NCBI GenBank assembly: GCA_964014485.1
Contig: CAXHAT010000090.1
Span: 1-29,449, forward strand
DNA: 29,449 bases
Reading direction: 5' to 3'
Source: an uncultured Deferribacteres bacterium
Lineage (GTDB): Bacteria > Zhuqueibacterota > Zhuqueibacteria > Zhuqueibacterales > Geothermadaptataceae
The notes beneath the pieces are model-generated. The model worked only from the letters and a program-made list of their open reading frames with translations, was not told where the DNA came from and searched no databases. This document shows, piece after piece, positions 1 through 8,397 of the stretch. Both the position numbers and the translations under genes were made by a program. Position 1 is the first letter of the stretch, and every line of letters starts with the position of its first letter.

Positions 1-44
1 ATGCAATGGAGTCTCGTGGGCTCGGAGATGTGTATAAGAGACAG
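1..44 (+). other. Sequencing artefact: Illumina Nextera adapter (11-44) preceded by a probable 10-nt index (1-10)
   Basis: 11-44 = GTCTCGTGGGCTCGG + AGATGTGTATAAGAGACAG (Tn5 mosaic end), an exact match to the Nextera read-2 transposase adapter. It supplies the false N-terminus MQWSLVGSEMCIRDR of ORF 1..1788. Confidence 0.98.
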
Positions 45-45
45 G

Positions 46-1788
46 GTTAGCGCGCTCTTGCAAAACACCTGGATCGTTGAAAATTTATCCCAGGCAACGC
101 GGCTCGCCGCCGAGTACAAAGATTCAGAAGCGACTTTTGTGACTTTGGACGGCGATATGACGCAAACTTCAGGCATAATTCGGGGCGGCGGTTCCGGGGA
201 TGCGGACACAAGTTTGGTTGGTCGTCAGGCGACAATCAAAAAATTGCAAGGCGAGCTTGAAACATTGTTGGCGCAGCAAATAGACGAAGCGGCGTCTTTG
301 GAAAAACATGAGGTGCGACTTAAACAGCGCCTTGAAGAAGAAGAAACATTGCTGCAATCTCGGAAGGTTGCCGCTTCCAACTTGCAGTTCGTCGAAGTCG
401 CACTGGGGCAAGCGGAAGTTGAATTGAAGCAGTCGCAGGAGAGGGCGCGCTCTGTCGAAGAAGAAAAGGCGGAGCTGGAAGCAAAAGTCGCCGCTGTTGC
501 TGATGAGATCGCCTCTTTGCAACCCGGCATGGAATCCCGGACGGCGGAAAAAGAAGTTGTTGAAAAACAATACGCTGAGCTTCAAAAAGAATTGCAGGAT
601 TTTGAACACGGTCTCGGGCAAAAGGAGGAGCAAGCTCAAAAACAACGCCTTGAGCTCGTTTCCTTGCAAGGCGAACGCAAAAATCTGGAACAAACGTTGG
701 ATCGTTTGCGACGCAACGAAACTGAGATTACGAGATCGATTCGCTCAAGAGAAGAAGAAATTGTCAGTGCGACAAACCAGATTGAAGAGCTTACCGAACG
801 CGTGGCGGAAGTTCGCGAGTTGCTGCAAGTCGATTTTCGTGAACGGAAGGAGCTGGAAAGCGCGTTGCACGAAATTGAGCGTGATTACAAAACCCGGAAG
901 CAGGAAGTTGAAGAACAGGACAAGGCGCTGCGGGGCGTTCGCCGTCGCCGAGATGAAATATCCGACCGTCTGCACAAAATGGAACTGCGAACTTCCGAGC
1001 TGAAAATGAATCGGCAAAACATCATCGAGCAGATGCGGGAAAGCTACGAGATCGATGTTTTGCAGCACAGCGCGCCCGACGAAATGGACACCGCCGCCGC
1101 CGCTGATGAAATTAATCAGATCAAGCAAAAGCTGCGCGGCATGGGGCCGGTGAACTTGCTGGCGCTCAAGGATTTTGAGGTGGAAAAAGAACGTCTGGAC
1201 TTCCTGCTCGCCCAAAAAGACGATCTTCTACTTGCTGAAGAAAACTTGAAGGAGACGATCCGGGTCATCAATAAAACGGCGCAAGATCGATTCGATGAAA
1301 TGTTCTCAAAAGTGCGCGAGAATTTCATCAACGTTTTCAAAAACTTTTTTGAAAACGGCGCCGCTGACCTACGGCTCGTTGGCGATGATCCTCTGGAAGC
1401 GGACATAGAAATTGACGCCAGTCCAAAGGGCAAAAAACTCGGGTCGCTTGCTCTGCTTTCCGGCGGCGAGAAGACGTTGACGGCAATCTCTATTTTGTTT
1501 GCGCTCTACCTTGTGAAGCCCAGCCCGTTCTGTATTTTGGATGAGGTTGACGCGCCGCTCGATGACGCTAACGTCGGCAGGTTTACCGGCGCTCTCGATA
1601 AGTTCTCCGACCAGACGCAATTCATCGTTGTCACACACAACAAATTGACCATGAGCGCCGCCCGCCAAATGTATGGCGTTACGATGGAAGAACCGGGCGT
1701 ATCGAAAGTCGTCTCCGTTAAGTTTGACGATGAAAACGGGCGTTCTAACGCGGATGAAGCCGTCGCAGCGTCCGTAGCTTCTGAGTAA
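46..1788 (+). CDS. smc: Chromosome segregation protein SMC, 5'-truncated (end of hinge, second coiled coil, C-terminal ATPase head)
   Basis: Hinge end FVTLDGD...GIIRGG, long heptad coiled coil, MGPVNLLA, signature LSGGEK, Walker B/D-loop PSPFCILDEVDAPLD, and QFIVVTHNK. Confidence 0.97.
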   Translation, partial: VSALLQNTWIVENLSQATRLAAEYKDSEATFVTLDGDMTQTSGIIRGGGSGDADTSLVGRQATIKKLQGELETLLAQQIDEAASLEKHEVRLKQRLEEEETLLQSRKVAASNLQFVEVALGQAEVELKQSQERARSVEEEKAELEAKVAAVADEIASLQPGMESRTAEKEVVEKQYAELQKELQDFEHGLGQKEEQAQKQRLELVSLQGERKNLEQTLDRLRRNETEITRSIRSREEEIVSATNQIEELTERVAEVRELLQVDFRERKELESALHEIERDYKTRKQEVEEQDKALRGVRRRRDEISDRLHKMELRTSELKMNRQNIIEQMRESYEIDVLQHSAPDEMDTAAAADEINQIKQKLRGMGPVNLLALKDFEVEKERLDFLLAQKDDLLLAEENLKETIRVINKTAQDRFDEMFSKVRENFINVFKNFFENGAADLRLVGDDPLEADIEIDASPKGKKLGSLALLSGGEKTLTAISILFALYLVKPSPFCILDEVDAPLDDANVGRFTGALDKFSDQTQFIVVTHNKLTMSAARQMYGVTMEEPGVSKVVSVKFDDENGRSNADEAVAASVASE

Positions 1789-1885
1789 CTCGAAGGCTGT
1801 CGCAAAAGTCCCTGGTTTGTTATTCACTGATGTTACGCACCACCGTTTGGTACGCACGATTAAAGCCCGCAGGCAACTCTTTGAT

Positions 1886-2019
1886 TCTCATTAGCTCCGT
1901 TCTTCAGAACGGAGATTTTTAAAGACGCCCTTCCCATCCCTTCCGCCGCGCCAGCGCGGCGGAAGGGATGAAAATGAGCGCCTTGCGCATCACCGGGCTC
2001 AAGCCCGGTGCTAATGAAA
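1886..2019. repeat. REPIN-like composite element, family A, copy 1 (134 bp; inverted terminal REP hairpins plus a central perfect 17-bp stem)
   Basis: Starts TCTCATTAG and ends CTAATGAAA. Hairpins CTCCGTTC-TTCA-GAACGGAG, CATCCCTTCCGCCGCGC-CA-GCGCGGCGGAAGGGATG (1935-1970) and CACCGGGC-TCAA-GCCCGGTG. Same architecture at 26068-26200. Confidence 0.85.
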
Positions 2020-2068
2020 CCATGTTCAAGTCTGAGCAACAGGCGATGCATTGGCGTACGTGACACCA

Positions 2069-2150
2069 GTTATTCAGGAGGAATCTTTGTTATCGCCCGG
2101 TGCGATTGCGTTCAAGGGATAGATCAAAAAAGATGCTTCCGGCATGACAA
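2069..2150. repeat. Palindromic MITE/RPE-like repeat, family B, copy 1
   Basis: Imperfect terminal inverted repeats GTTATTCAGGAGGAATCTTT / AAAGATGCTTCCGGCATGAC (15/20 complementary). 2079-2104 is identical over 26 nt to 29369-29394, and further blocks are shared. Confidence 0.85.
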
Positions 2151-2228
2151 TTTCGAGCTTTTTCGTCTGTTTTAGAAACTTGGGCAAAAGTGTCAGGCAG
2201 TGAGTTTCAGAGGTACAATGTGTCTGGA

Positions 2229-2249
2229 TTCAAGATTTTGAACCCCTAC
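2229..2249. repeat. Partial copy of GTAG-type REP palindrome, family C
   Basis: TTCAAGATTTTGAACCCCTAC is identical to the last 21 nt of the palindrome at 18735-18762. Confidence 0.7.
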
Positions 2250-2373
2250 TATTCAAACAAACGTTGAGTTTCAGCCCAACGAAGCGCGGGGGGAGCGCGC
2301 GACGAACGCCGATCATTTCTTTTTGATAAACCAACCTCGGACGCCTGTCATGCAAAACGCCGCAGATTCTCAA

Positions 2374-3879
2374 ATGTCTAAAATCGTGACCGGGGAAGAA
2401 TACATTGAAAGCCTGCGCGGGAGAAACCTGAAAGTCCACTTGTTTGGCGAGCAAGTGAGAGAGCCCGTTGACCACCCGATGATTCGTCCGTCCATCAATG
2501 CTGTGGCGGAGACTTACGATTTGGCGGTGCGCGAGCCGAAGCTTGCCACAACCGTCTCTCCTTTTACCGGCGAAAAGATTAATCGCTTTTTACATCTGGC
2601 GACCAGCGCCAACGACCTGGTTTTGCAAAACAAAATGCAGCGCAAAATGGGGCAAAACACGGGCACGTGTTTCCAGCGCTGCGTTGGGATGGACGCGCTC
2701 AATGCGCTTTTTTCAGTGACTTTTGAAATTGATGAAAAGCATGACACGCCCTACCATGCTCGGCTCAAAGCGTTTATCACGGAAATGCATCGCGGAAATC
2801 TTGTGATCGGTGGGGCGATGACGGATGTGAAAGGAGATCGCAGCAAGCCGCCGCACCTTCAAGCTGATCCTGATTTGTTCGTTCATATCACCGAGCGAAA
2901 CGCAGACGGATTGTTTATCTCCGGCGCAAAAGCGCACCAGACCGGGTGCATTAATTCCCACTGGATGGTTGTCATGCCGACGATGCGTCTGTCGGAAAAG
3001 GACAAGGATTTTGCCGTTATCGGAGCGGTTCCAGTCACGGCGGAAGGCGTTACTTATATTTATGGACGGCAATCCTGCGACCTGCGCAGCATGGAAGGCG
3101 GCTCGCAAGACGCGGGCAACGCCAGATTTTCCGGGCAAGAGGCAATGGTCATTTTCGACAATGTGTTCATTCCCTGGGAACACGTATTTATGGACGGCGA
3201 ATTTGAGTTTGCGTCGATGTTAGTGGAACGATTTACGTGTTACCATCGTCGAAGTTATGTCTGCAAAAGCGGCGTTGGCGACGTTTTAATCGGGGCGGCG
3301 GCGACGATTGCGGAATTCAACGGTGTCGAAAAGGCTTCGCACGTTAAGGATAAACTAGTTGAAATGACGCATTTGAACGAGACGATTTATGCGACCGGCG
3401 TGGCCTCGTCGTACCAGGCGCACGAGACCAAATCCGGCGTGTTTCTAAACGACGACATGATCGCAAACGTCTGTAAGCACCACGTGACGAAAACGCCGTA
3501 TGAAATTGGACGTCTGGCTCAGGATTTGGCCGGCGGGTTGATGGTGACCATGCCTTCTGAGAAAGACTTCGCTGCACCGGAAACAGGCGAATTGCTGCGA
3601 AAATACTTGCAGGGCAGAGCGGACGTTCCGACGGAAAACCGGATGAAAATTCTTCGCCTTATCGAAAATATGACGCTTGGCAGAAACGCCGTCGGGTATT
3701 TGACTGAGTCGATGCACGGCGCGGGGTCTCCGCAGGCCCAGCGCATACAAATCGCCCGGCAAATGCAAATTGAATTCAAAAAACGGCTTGCGAAAGCGCT
3801 GGCCGGGATTGAAGAAAATGAGCAAAAAGAAGTTTTCGATGAAATTTCAACGTATTTCGAGAGAGTTTTCAAGGTGTGA
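2374..3879 (+). CDS. abfD: 4-hydroxybutyryl-CoA dehydratase / vinylacetyl-CoA isomerase (HpaB-fold FAD/[4Fe-4S] family)
   Basis: N-terminal TGEEYIESLR; cluster-ligand motifs GTCFQRCVGMD and YHRRSYVCK; AMTDVKGDRS; C-terminal ESMHGAGSPQAQ. Alternative start at 2350. Confidence 0.88.
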   Translation: MSKIVTGEEYIESLRGRNLKVHLFGEQVREPVDHPMIRPSINAVAETYDLAVREPKLATTVSPFTGEKINRFLHLATSANDLVLQNKMQRKMGQNTGTCFQRCVGMDALNALFSVTFEIDEKHDTPYHARLKAFITEMHRGNLVIGGAMTDVKGDRSKPPHLQADPDLFVHITERNADGLFISGAKAHQTGCINSHWMVVMPTMRLSEKDKDFAVIGAVPVTAEGVTYIYGRQSCDLRSMEGGSQDAGNARFSGQEAMVIFDNVFIPWEHVFMDGEFEFASMLVERFTCYHRRSYVCKSGVGDVLIGAAATIAEFNGVEKASHVKDKLVEMTHLNETIYATGVASSYQAHETKSGVFLNDDMIANVCKHHVTKTPYEIGRLAQDLAGGLMVTMPSEKDFAAPETGELLRKYLQGRADVPTENRMKILRLIENMTLGRNAVGYLTESMHGAGSPQAQRIQIARQMQIEFKKRLAKALAGIEENEQKEVFDEISTYFERVFKV

Positions 3880-4040
3880 TGATTTTTCTTGCGAACGTTT
3901 TCACCATCTTGTGCGCTGATGAACGATATCGAGATAAACGAGAAGGAACTATAACGCGTCCTGTGATTAATGACATTTTAAACAAAGCCTGACGCAGAGA
4001 TAAATTTCAGCTTTTTTCCCTTAATGCATGGGTGGAAAAA

Positions 4041-4676
4041 ATGATTACTGTGGCAATCGTTGAAGACGATAGTACTTTGCGCGAAGGACTCGCTTTTTTG
4101 ATTGACGGCGCTGAGGATTTTATGTGCATTGGCGCATACCCGGATTGCGCCAGCGGCGTTGCGGGAATTCTTAATGATCCGCCCGACGTCGTTTTGATGG
4201 ACATTGGCCTGCCTGACGCTTCCGGCATCGTGGGCGTGCAGCAACTAAAAGAAGAACTGCCGAAGCTCGACATCGTGGTGCTCACGATACATCGGGACAA
4301 ACAGGTGGTTTTTGATGCGCTTTGCGCCGGGGCATGCGGTTATTTGGAAAAAAGCACGTCGCCCGAAAAACTCCTGGAAGCCATTCGCGAAACGCGGGAC
4401 GGCGGCGCGCCGATGAGCTCAAGCATCGCGCGCCTTGTGGTGAGCTCTTTCAATCGTCCCGCAAAAGACGCCGTGAAATTGACTGGTCGTGAATCGGAAG
4501 TTTTGCAGCTTTTGTGTCAGGGGAAAAGTTATAAGATGATCGCGGCGTCGATTTTTGTGAGCGAAGAGACGGTGCATTCACATATCAAAAATATCTATCG
4601 CAAGCTTGAAGTTCGGTCTAAGTCAGAGGCCGTTGCTCGCGCATTGCAAGACAATCTTGTACCGAGACAGGTTTAA
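4041..4676 (+). CDS. NarL/FixJ (LuxR-HTH) family DNA-binding response regulator; no kinase gene in window
   Basis: Receiver domain VAIVEDD, DVVLMDIGLP, VVLT, GACGYLEK; HTH LTGRESEVLQLLCQGKSYKMIA...TVHSHIKNIYRKL. Alternative GTG start at 4032. Confidence 0.95.
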   Translation: MITVAIVEDDSTLREGLAFLIDGAEDFMCIGAYPDCASGVAGILNDPPDVVLMDIGLPDASGIVGVQQLKEELPKLDIVVLTIHRDKQVVFDALCAGACGYLEKSTSPEKLLEAIRETRDGGAPMSSSIARLVVSSFNRPAKDAVKLTGRESEVLQLLCQGKSYKMIAASIFVSEETVHSHIKNIYRKLEVRSKSEAVARALQDNLVPRQV

Positions 4677-4707
4677 ATCCGCAACCGAAAGAATGGAAAA
4701 TCAAAGA

Positions 4708-7524
4708 ATGAAGCAGTTTTTCTCGAAAACTTTGGCGGCCGTCGTTTTTGTCGGCATGGGGCTTTCGTGTTCATCTGATCAAGGATCAAAAGATTTTTCG
4801 GTGGAATTCGAAAAATTCACCCTGGAAAACGGTTTGGAGGTCGTTTTTCACATAGATCGCTCCGATCCGGTCGTTGCAGTCGCACTGACCAGCCACGTCG
4901 GTTCGGCAAGGGAAAAGCCGGGCAGAACAGGCTTTGCGCATTTGTTTGAGCATTTGTTGTTTCTGGAGTCGGAAAACCTGGGTAAAGGCGGACTGGACAA
5001 ACTGAGCGCGAGAATCGGCGGTTCCGGCGCCAACGGCTCAACCAGCCGCGACCGCACCAATTATTTTCAAACCGTGCCCAACGATGCGCTGGAAAAAATG
5101 CTTTGGGCGGAAGCGGACAAACTCGGCTATTTCATCAACACCGTGACTGAGCCGGTGCTCGCGAAAGAAAAGCAGGTTGTCAAAAACGAAAAACGACAGG
5201 GCATTGATAACAATCCCTACGGCCACACATCCTACGTGATTGGCAAAAATCTCTACCCGGAAGATCACCCTTATAATTGGCAAGTCATCGGTTCGCTGGA
5301 AGATTTGCAAAACGCAACGCTTGAAGACGTCAAAGAGTTTTTCCGCCGCTGGTATGTCCCGAACAATGTGACCCTCGTCGTCGCAGGGGATTTTGACACG
5401 GCGCAGGCCAAGGAATGGGTTCACAAGTATTTCGACGAGATTCCGCGCGGTGAAGAAGTCGCTCCAATGGAAAAACGTGCGGCAACTCTGGACGCTTCAA
5501 AAAGCCTTGTCCACGAGGACAATTTCGCGCGACTCCCGGAATTGACGCTTGCATGGCCCGCGGCGTATCAATACCATCCTGATTCATACCCGCTCGCCGT
5601 TCTCGCACAACTCCTGTCGCGAGGTAAAAAATCCCCGTTTTACAAAGTGATTGTTGAAGAAAAAAGGTTGGCGCCGAACGTTAGCATTTTCAGCAATAAT
5701 TCTGAGTTGGCGGGCGAGTTTAGGCTCAGAATTCGCGCCTTCAATCAAACTGATCTCGACGAAGTCCGCGCCGCCGTTGACGAAGCCTTTGCGCGATTCG
5801 AAAAAGAGAGTTTCGATGAATCTGATTTGAATCGAATTAAGGCGGGGCAGGAAACGGGCTATTACAACCGACTTTCGAGCGTCCTGGGCAAGGCGTTTCA
5901 GTTGGCGCAATACAACATTTTCGCCGATGATCCCGGTTTTATCAATCAAGACGTTAAAAATATTCTTGCCGTGACCAAAGAAGACGTGATGCGCGTCTAT
6001 GAGCAATATATCAAGAATCGGCCTTTCGTGGCGACGAGTTTTGTGCCAAAAGGCAAGGCCGAACTGGCCCTCGAAGACGCCGCGATCGCCGATGTTGTTG
6101 AAGAAAAAATTGTGCAAGGCGCTGAAGAAGAATTTAATCTGGAGCAGGACGCGGCCTATGAACGCACGCCTTCCAGTTTTGATCGTACGGTGGAGCCGCC
6201 TTATGGAAATGCGCCGGAAATGCAAATCCCTGCCGTTTGGGAAACAACCCTCGACAACGGTTTGAGATTGTACGGTGTTGAAAATAACGAAGTCCCTCTC
6301 GTCCAGTTCAATCTTGTTTTAAAAGGCGGTCTCCTGCTAGACGATCCTGCGAAAGTCGGCGTTGCCAACCTGGTCGGAACCTTGATGAGCAAAGGAACGC
6401 GCAATAAAACCCCGGAAGAGTTGGAGCAGGAGATTGAAAAATTGGGAGCGCGGATTTCTGTAGCCGCACGCCGCGAAAGCATCGTAATTTCCGCGAATAC
6501 TCTGGCGCGAAATTACGGCAAAACGGTCGCCCTGGTGGAAGAAATTCTTTTGCAGCCGCGCTGGGATGAAAAAGAATTTGAACTCAGCCAACAAAGCACG
6601 CTCAGCCGAATCAGGCAACAGCAGGCCAGCCCGAACAGCATCGCGACAAACGCTTATAATCGCTTGATTTACGGCGAAAGCCACATCCTTGCCAATAATC
6701 TGCTTGGCACGGAAGCCTCCGTTACTGAAATCACCTTGGAGGATCTTAAAAATTATTATGAGGCGTACTTTTCTCCGTCGGTCGCCAGGTTTCATGTTGT
6801 CGGTGATGTCGCTCAAGACGAAGTGACGGCTTCTTTGCAAAGCATTGCGGCCAATTGGCCTGAGAAGCAGATCACTTTTCCAAATTATGCAATTCCTGCT
6901 GCGCCGGAGGCTTCGCAGGTTTATTTTTATGACGTTCCGGGAGCCAAACAGTCGGTTTTTCGTTTCGGCTATCCGGCGATGGCCGTCACCGATCCCGATT
7001 ACTATCCGGCGACTGTGATGAATTACATTTTGGGCGGCGGCGGATTCGCGTCACAATTGACGCAAGAATTGCGTGAGGGCAAGGGATACACATACGGGAT
7101 AGGTTCCTCCTTCGCAGGCTCGGACATTCCCGGGGCCTTCACCATCGGCAGCGGCGTTCGGTCAAACGTAACTTTTGAAGCGGCGAATTTGGTGAAGGAA
7201 ATCTTGCAAAATTATCCCGCTGGATTTAACGAGTCGGATTTGAAAACGACGAAGAGCTTTTTATTGAAAAGTAATGCTCGCGCTTTCGAAACGCTTGGTT
7301 CGAAATTAAATATGCTGCAAAATATCAGTGCGTACGACTGGCCCTACGATTACGTGAAACAACGCGAAGGCGTGGTGAAGGAAATGACGGTTGGGCGCAT
7401 TCAGGAATTGGCGAGGAAGTACGTCGATCCGAACAAAATGATCTACTTGGTGGTCGGCGACGCCGCGACGCAGTTAGACAGGTTGAAAAAGCTTGGCTAC
7501 GGCGCACCCGTCGTGCTGAATTGA
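4708..7524 (+). CDS. M16 family (pitrilysin/PqqL-like) zinc peptidase, probable lipoprotein
   Basis: Inverted zinc motif HLFEH in GFAHLFEHLLF, ANGSTSRDRTNYF, a second inactive M16 half with LREGKGYTYG, and a signal peptide ending in lipobox-like GLSC. Alternative start at 4693. Confidence 0.95.
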   Translation: MKQFFSKTLAAVVFVGMGLSCSSDQGSKDFSVEFEKFTLENGLEVVFHIDRSDPVVAVALTSHVGSAREKPGRTGFAHLFEHLLFLESENLGKGGLDKLSARIGGSGANGSTSRDRTNYFQTVPNDALEKMLWAEADKLGYFINTVTEPVLAKEKQVVKNEKRQGIDNNPYGHTSYVIGKNLYPEDHPYNWQVIGSLEDLQNATLEDVKEFFRRWYVPNNVTLVVAGDFDTAQAKEWVHKYFDEIPRGEEVAPMEKRAATLDASKSLVHEDNFARLPELTLAWPAAYQYHPDSYPLAVLAQLLSRGKKSPFYKVIVEEKRLAPNVSIFSNNSELAGEFRLRIRAFNQTDLDEVRAAVDEAFARFEKESFDESDLNRIKAGQETGYYNRLSSVLGKAFQLAQYNIFADDPGFINQDVKNILAVTKEDVMRVYEQYIKNRPFVATSFVPKGKAELALEDAAIADVVEEKIVQGAEEEFNLEQDAAYERTPSSFDRTVEPPYGNAPEMQIPAVWETTLDNGLRLYGVENNEVPLVQFNLVLKGGLLLDDPAKVGVANLVGTLMSKGTRNKTPEELEQEIEKLGARISVAARRESIVISANTLARNYGKTVALVEEILLQPRWDEKEFELSQQSTLSRIRQQQASPNSIATNAYNRLIYGESHILANNLLGTEASVTEITLEDLKNYYEAYFSPSVARFHVVGDVAQDEVTASLQSIAANWPEKQITFPNYAIPAAPEASQVYFYDVPGAKQSVFRFGYPAMAVTDPDYYPATVMNYILGGGGFASQLTQELREGKGYTYGIGSSFAGSDIPGAFTIGSGVRSNVTFEAANLVKEILQNYPAGFNESDLKTTKSFLLKSNARAFETLGSKLNMLQNISAYDWPYDYVKQREGVVKEMTVGRIQELARKYVDPNKMIYLVVGDAATQLDRLKKLGYGAPVVLN

Positions 7525-7618
7525 TGAAAAGGCAATGTGCCGGTTTCCTGCCGGCGGGTTCTCCGCTTTTGGACGGGGAAGGTGCTACAACCATTCATTG
7601 AGCATTCTTAAAATTTGC

Positions 7619-7667
7619 AAGAGACGCGCTCCGCGGTTCTCGGCTGGAGCTGACGAGCGCGTTTTTC
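7619..7667 (+). terminator. Possible terminator-like hairpin
   Basis: AGACGCGCTC ... GAGCGCGTTT arms with a T-run at the 3' end; the loop is large. Confidence 0.35.
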
Positions 7668-7711
7668 TATAAAGCCACAGGAATTTAGATTTTGACCCAG
7701 AGGAGTAAGCA

Positions 7712-8308
7712 ATGAGTGAAGCGAATGCAGAACGAGATCAGCTAAAGCCGATTATCCAGGAAATTTTGACCGACCTGTTTGACATTACTGACGTGGAGGA
7801 GGCGAAGCTTACGCCTTTGGGGCGGTTGATCAATGTTGAAGCCAAAGTGGGGAGTTTGGCGTACGAAACGCGCAATTTGGGCAGCGGACTTAGGGCGGAA
7901 TTGCAATCAATAACCGCGCAAACCAAAGGTCTGGAAGCTGACGTTCGCGAATCGCTGGTTTCGCTTAATTCCGAATTGAATTCAATTTCCGTGCAGACCA
8001 AGGAGCAGCAAGGCAAGTCGCGAGAGCAGTTAGAAGACTTGAGCCGACAGACTCGCAGCCTTGAGAGTATCGTGCACGCCGAAGTTGGCGCTTTAAACGG
8101 CAAGATTGAGCCGTTGGAAGAGCAAGTGAAGACTCTGGAAAACAATATACGCGCCGAACTGAAAGCGATTGCGGGGACAAACGACGCAAAGCTTGAAGCG
8201 TTGGAAGCGAAAGTCAAGGGAACGGCGAGAGTTCAATACTTCGTTATTTTCCTTCTGCTCGCCGTCGTCGCTGGTCTTGCCAAAATTATCTTTTTCCCGA
8301 ATCTTTAG
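7712..8308 (+). CDS. Hypothetical coiled-coil protein with C-terminal membrane anchor (DUF1640/CCDC90-like architecture)
   Basis: AGGAG RBS at 7701; long coiled coil with a repeated (Q/E)T(K/R)xL motif; hydrophobic YFVIFLLLAVVAGLAKIIF at the C-terminus. Confidence 0.75.
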   Translation: MSEANAERDQLKPIIQEILTDLFDITDVEEAKLTPLGRLINVEAKVGSLAYETRNLGSGLRAELQSITAQTKGLEADVRESLVSLNSELNSISVQTKEQQGKSREQLEDLSRQTRSLESIVHAEVGALNGKIEPLEEQVKTLENNIRAELKAIAGTNDAKLEALEAKVKGTARVQYFVIFLLLAVVAGLAKIIFFPNL

Positions 8309-8397
8309 GCGCAGATGTTTGATGGTCGCTCGAAACAGGAAACGCACCCAATTTTGTTTCCCCGAGATGGCGAAATTCGTTTTGGGCGGCCCCGGCG

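Noticed and set aside
26..44. Tn5/IS50 transposon end
   Set aside because: It is the synthetic mosaic end inside a complete Nextera adapter at the contig edge.
1793..1810. AAGGCTGTCGCAAAAGTC, resembling an IS terminal inverted repeat
   Set aside because: I found no partner inverted copy and no transposase in the window, and it is too short to support a call.
1886..2249. CRISPR array among the clustered palindromes
   Set aside because: There are no regularly spaced identical repeats with unique spacers and no cas genes.
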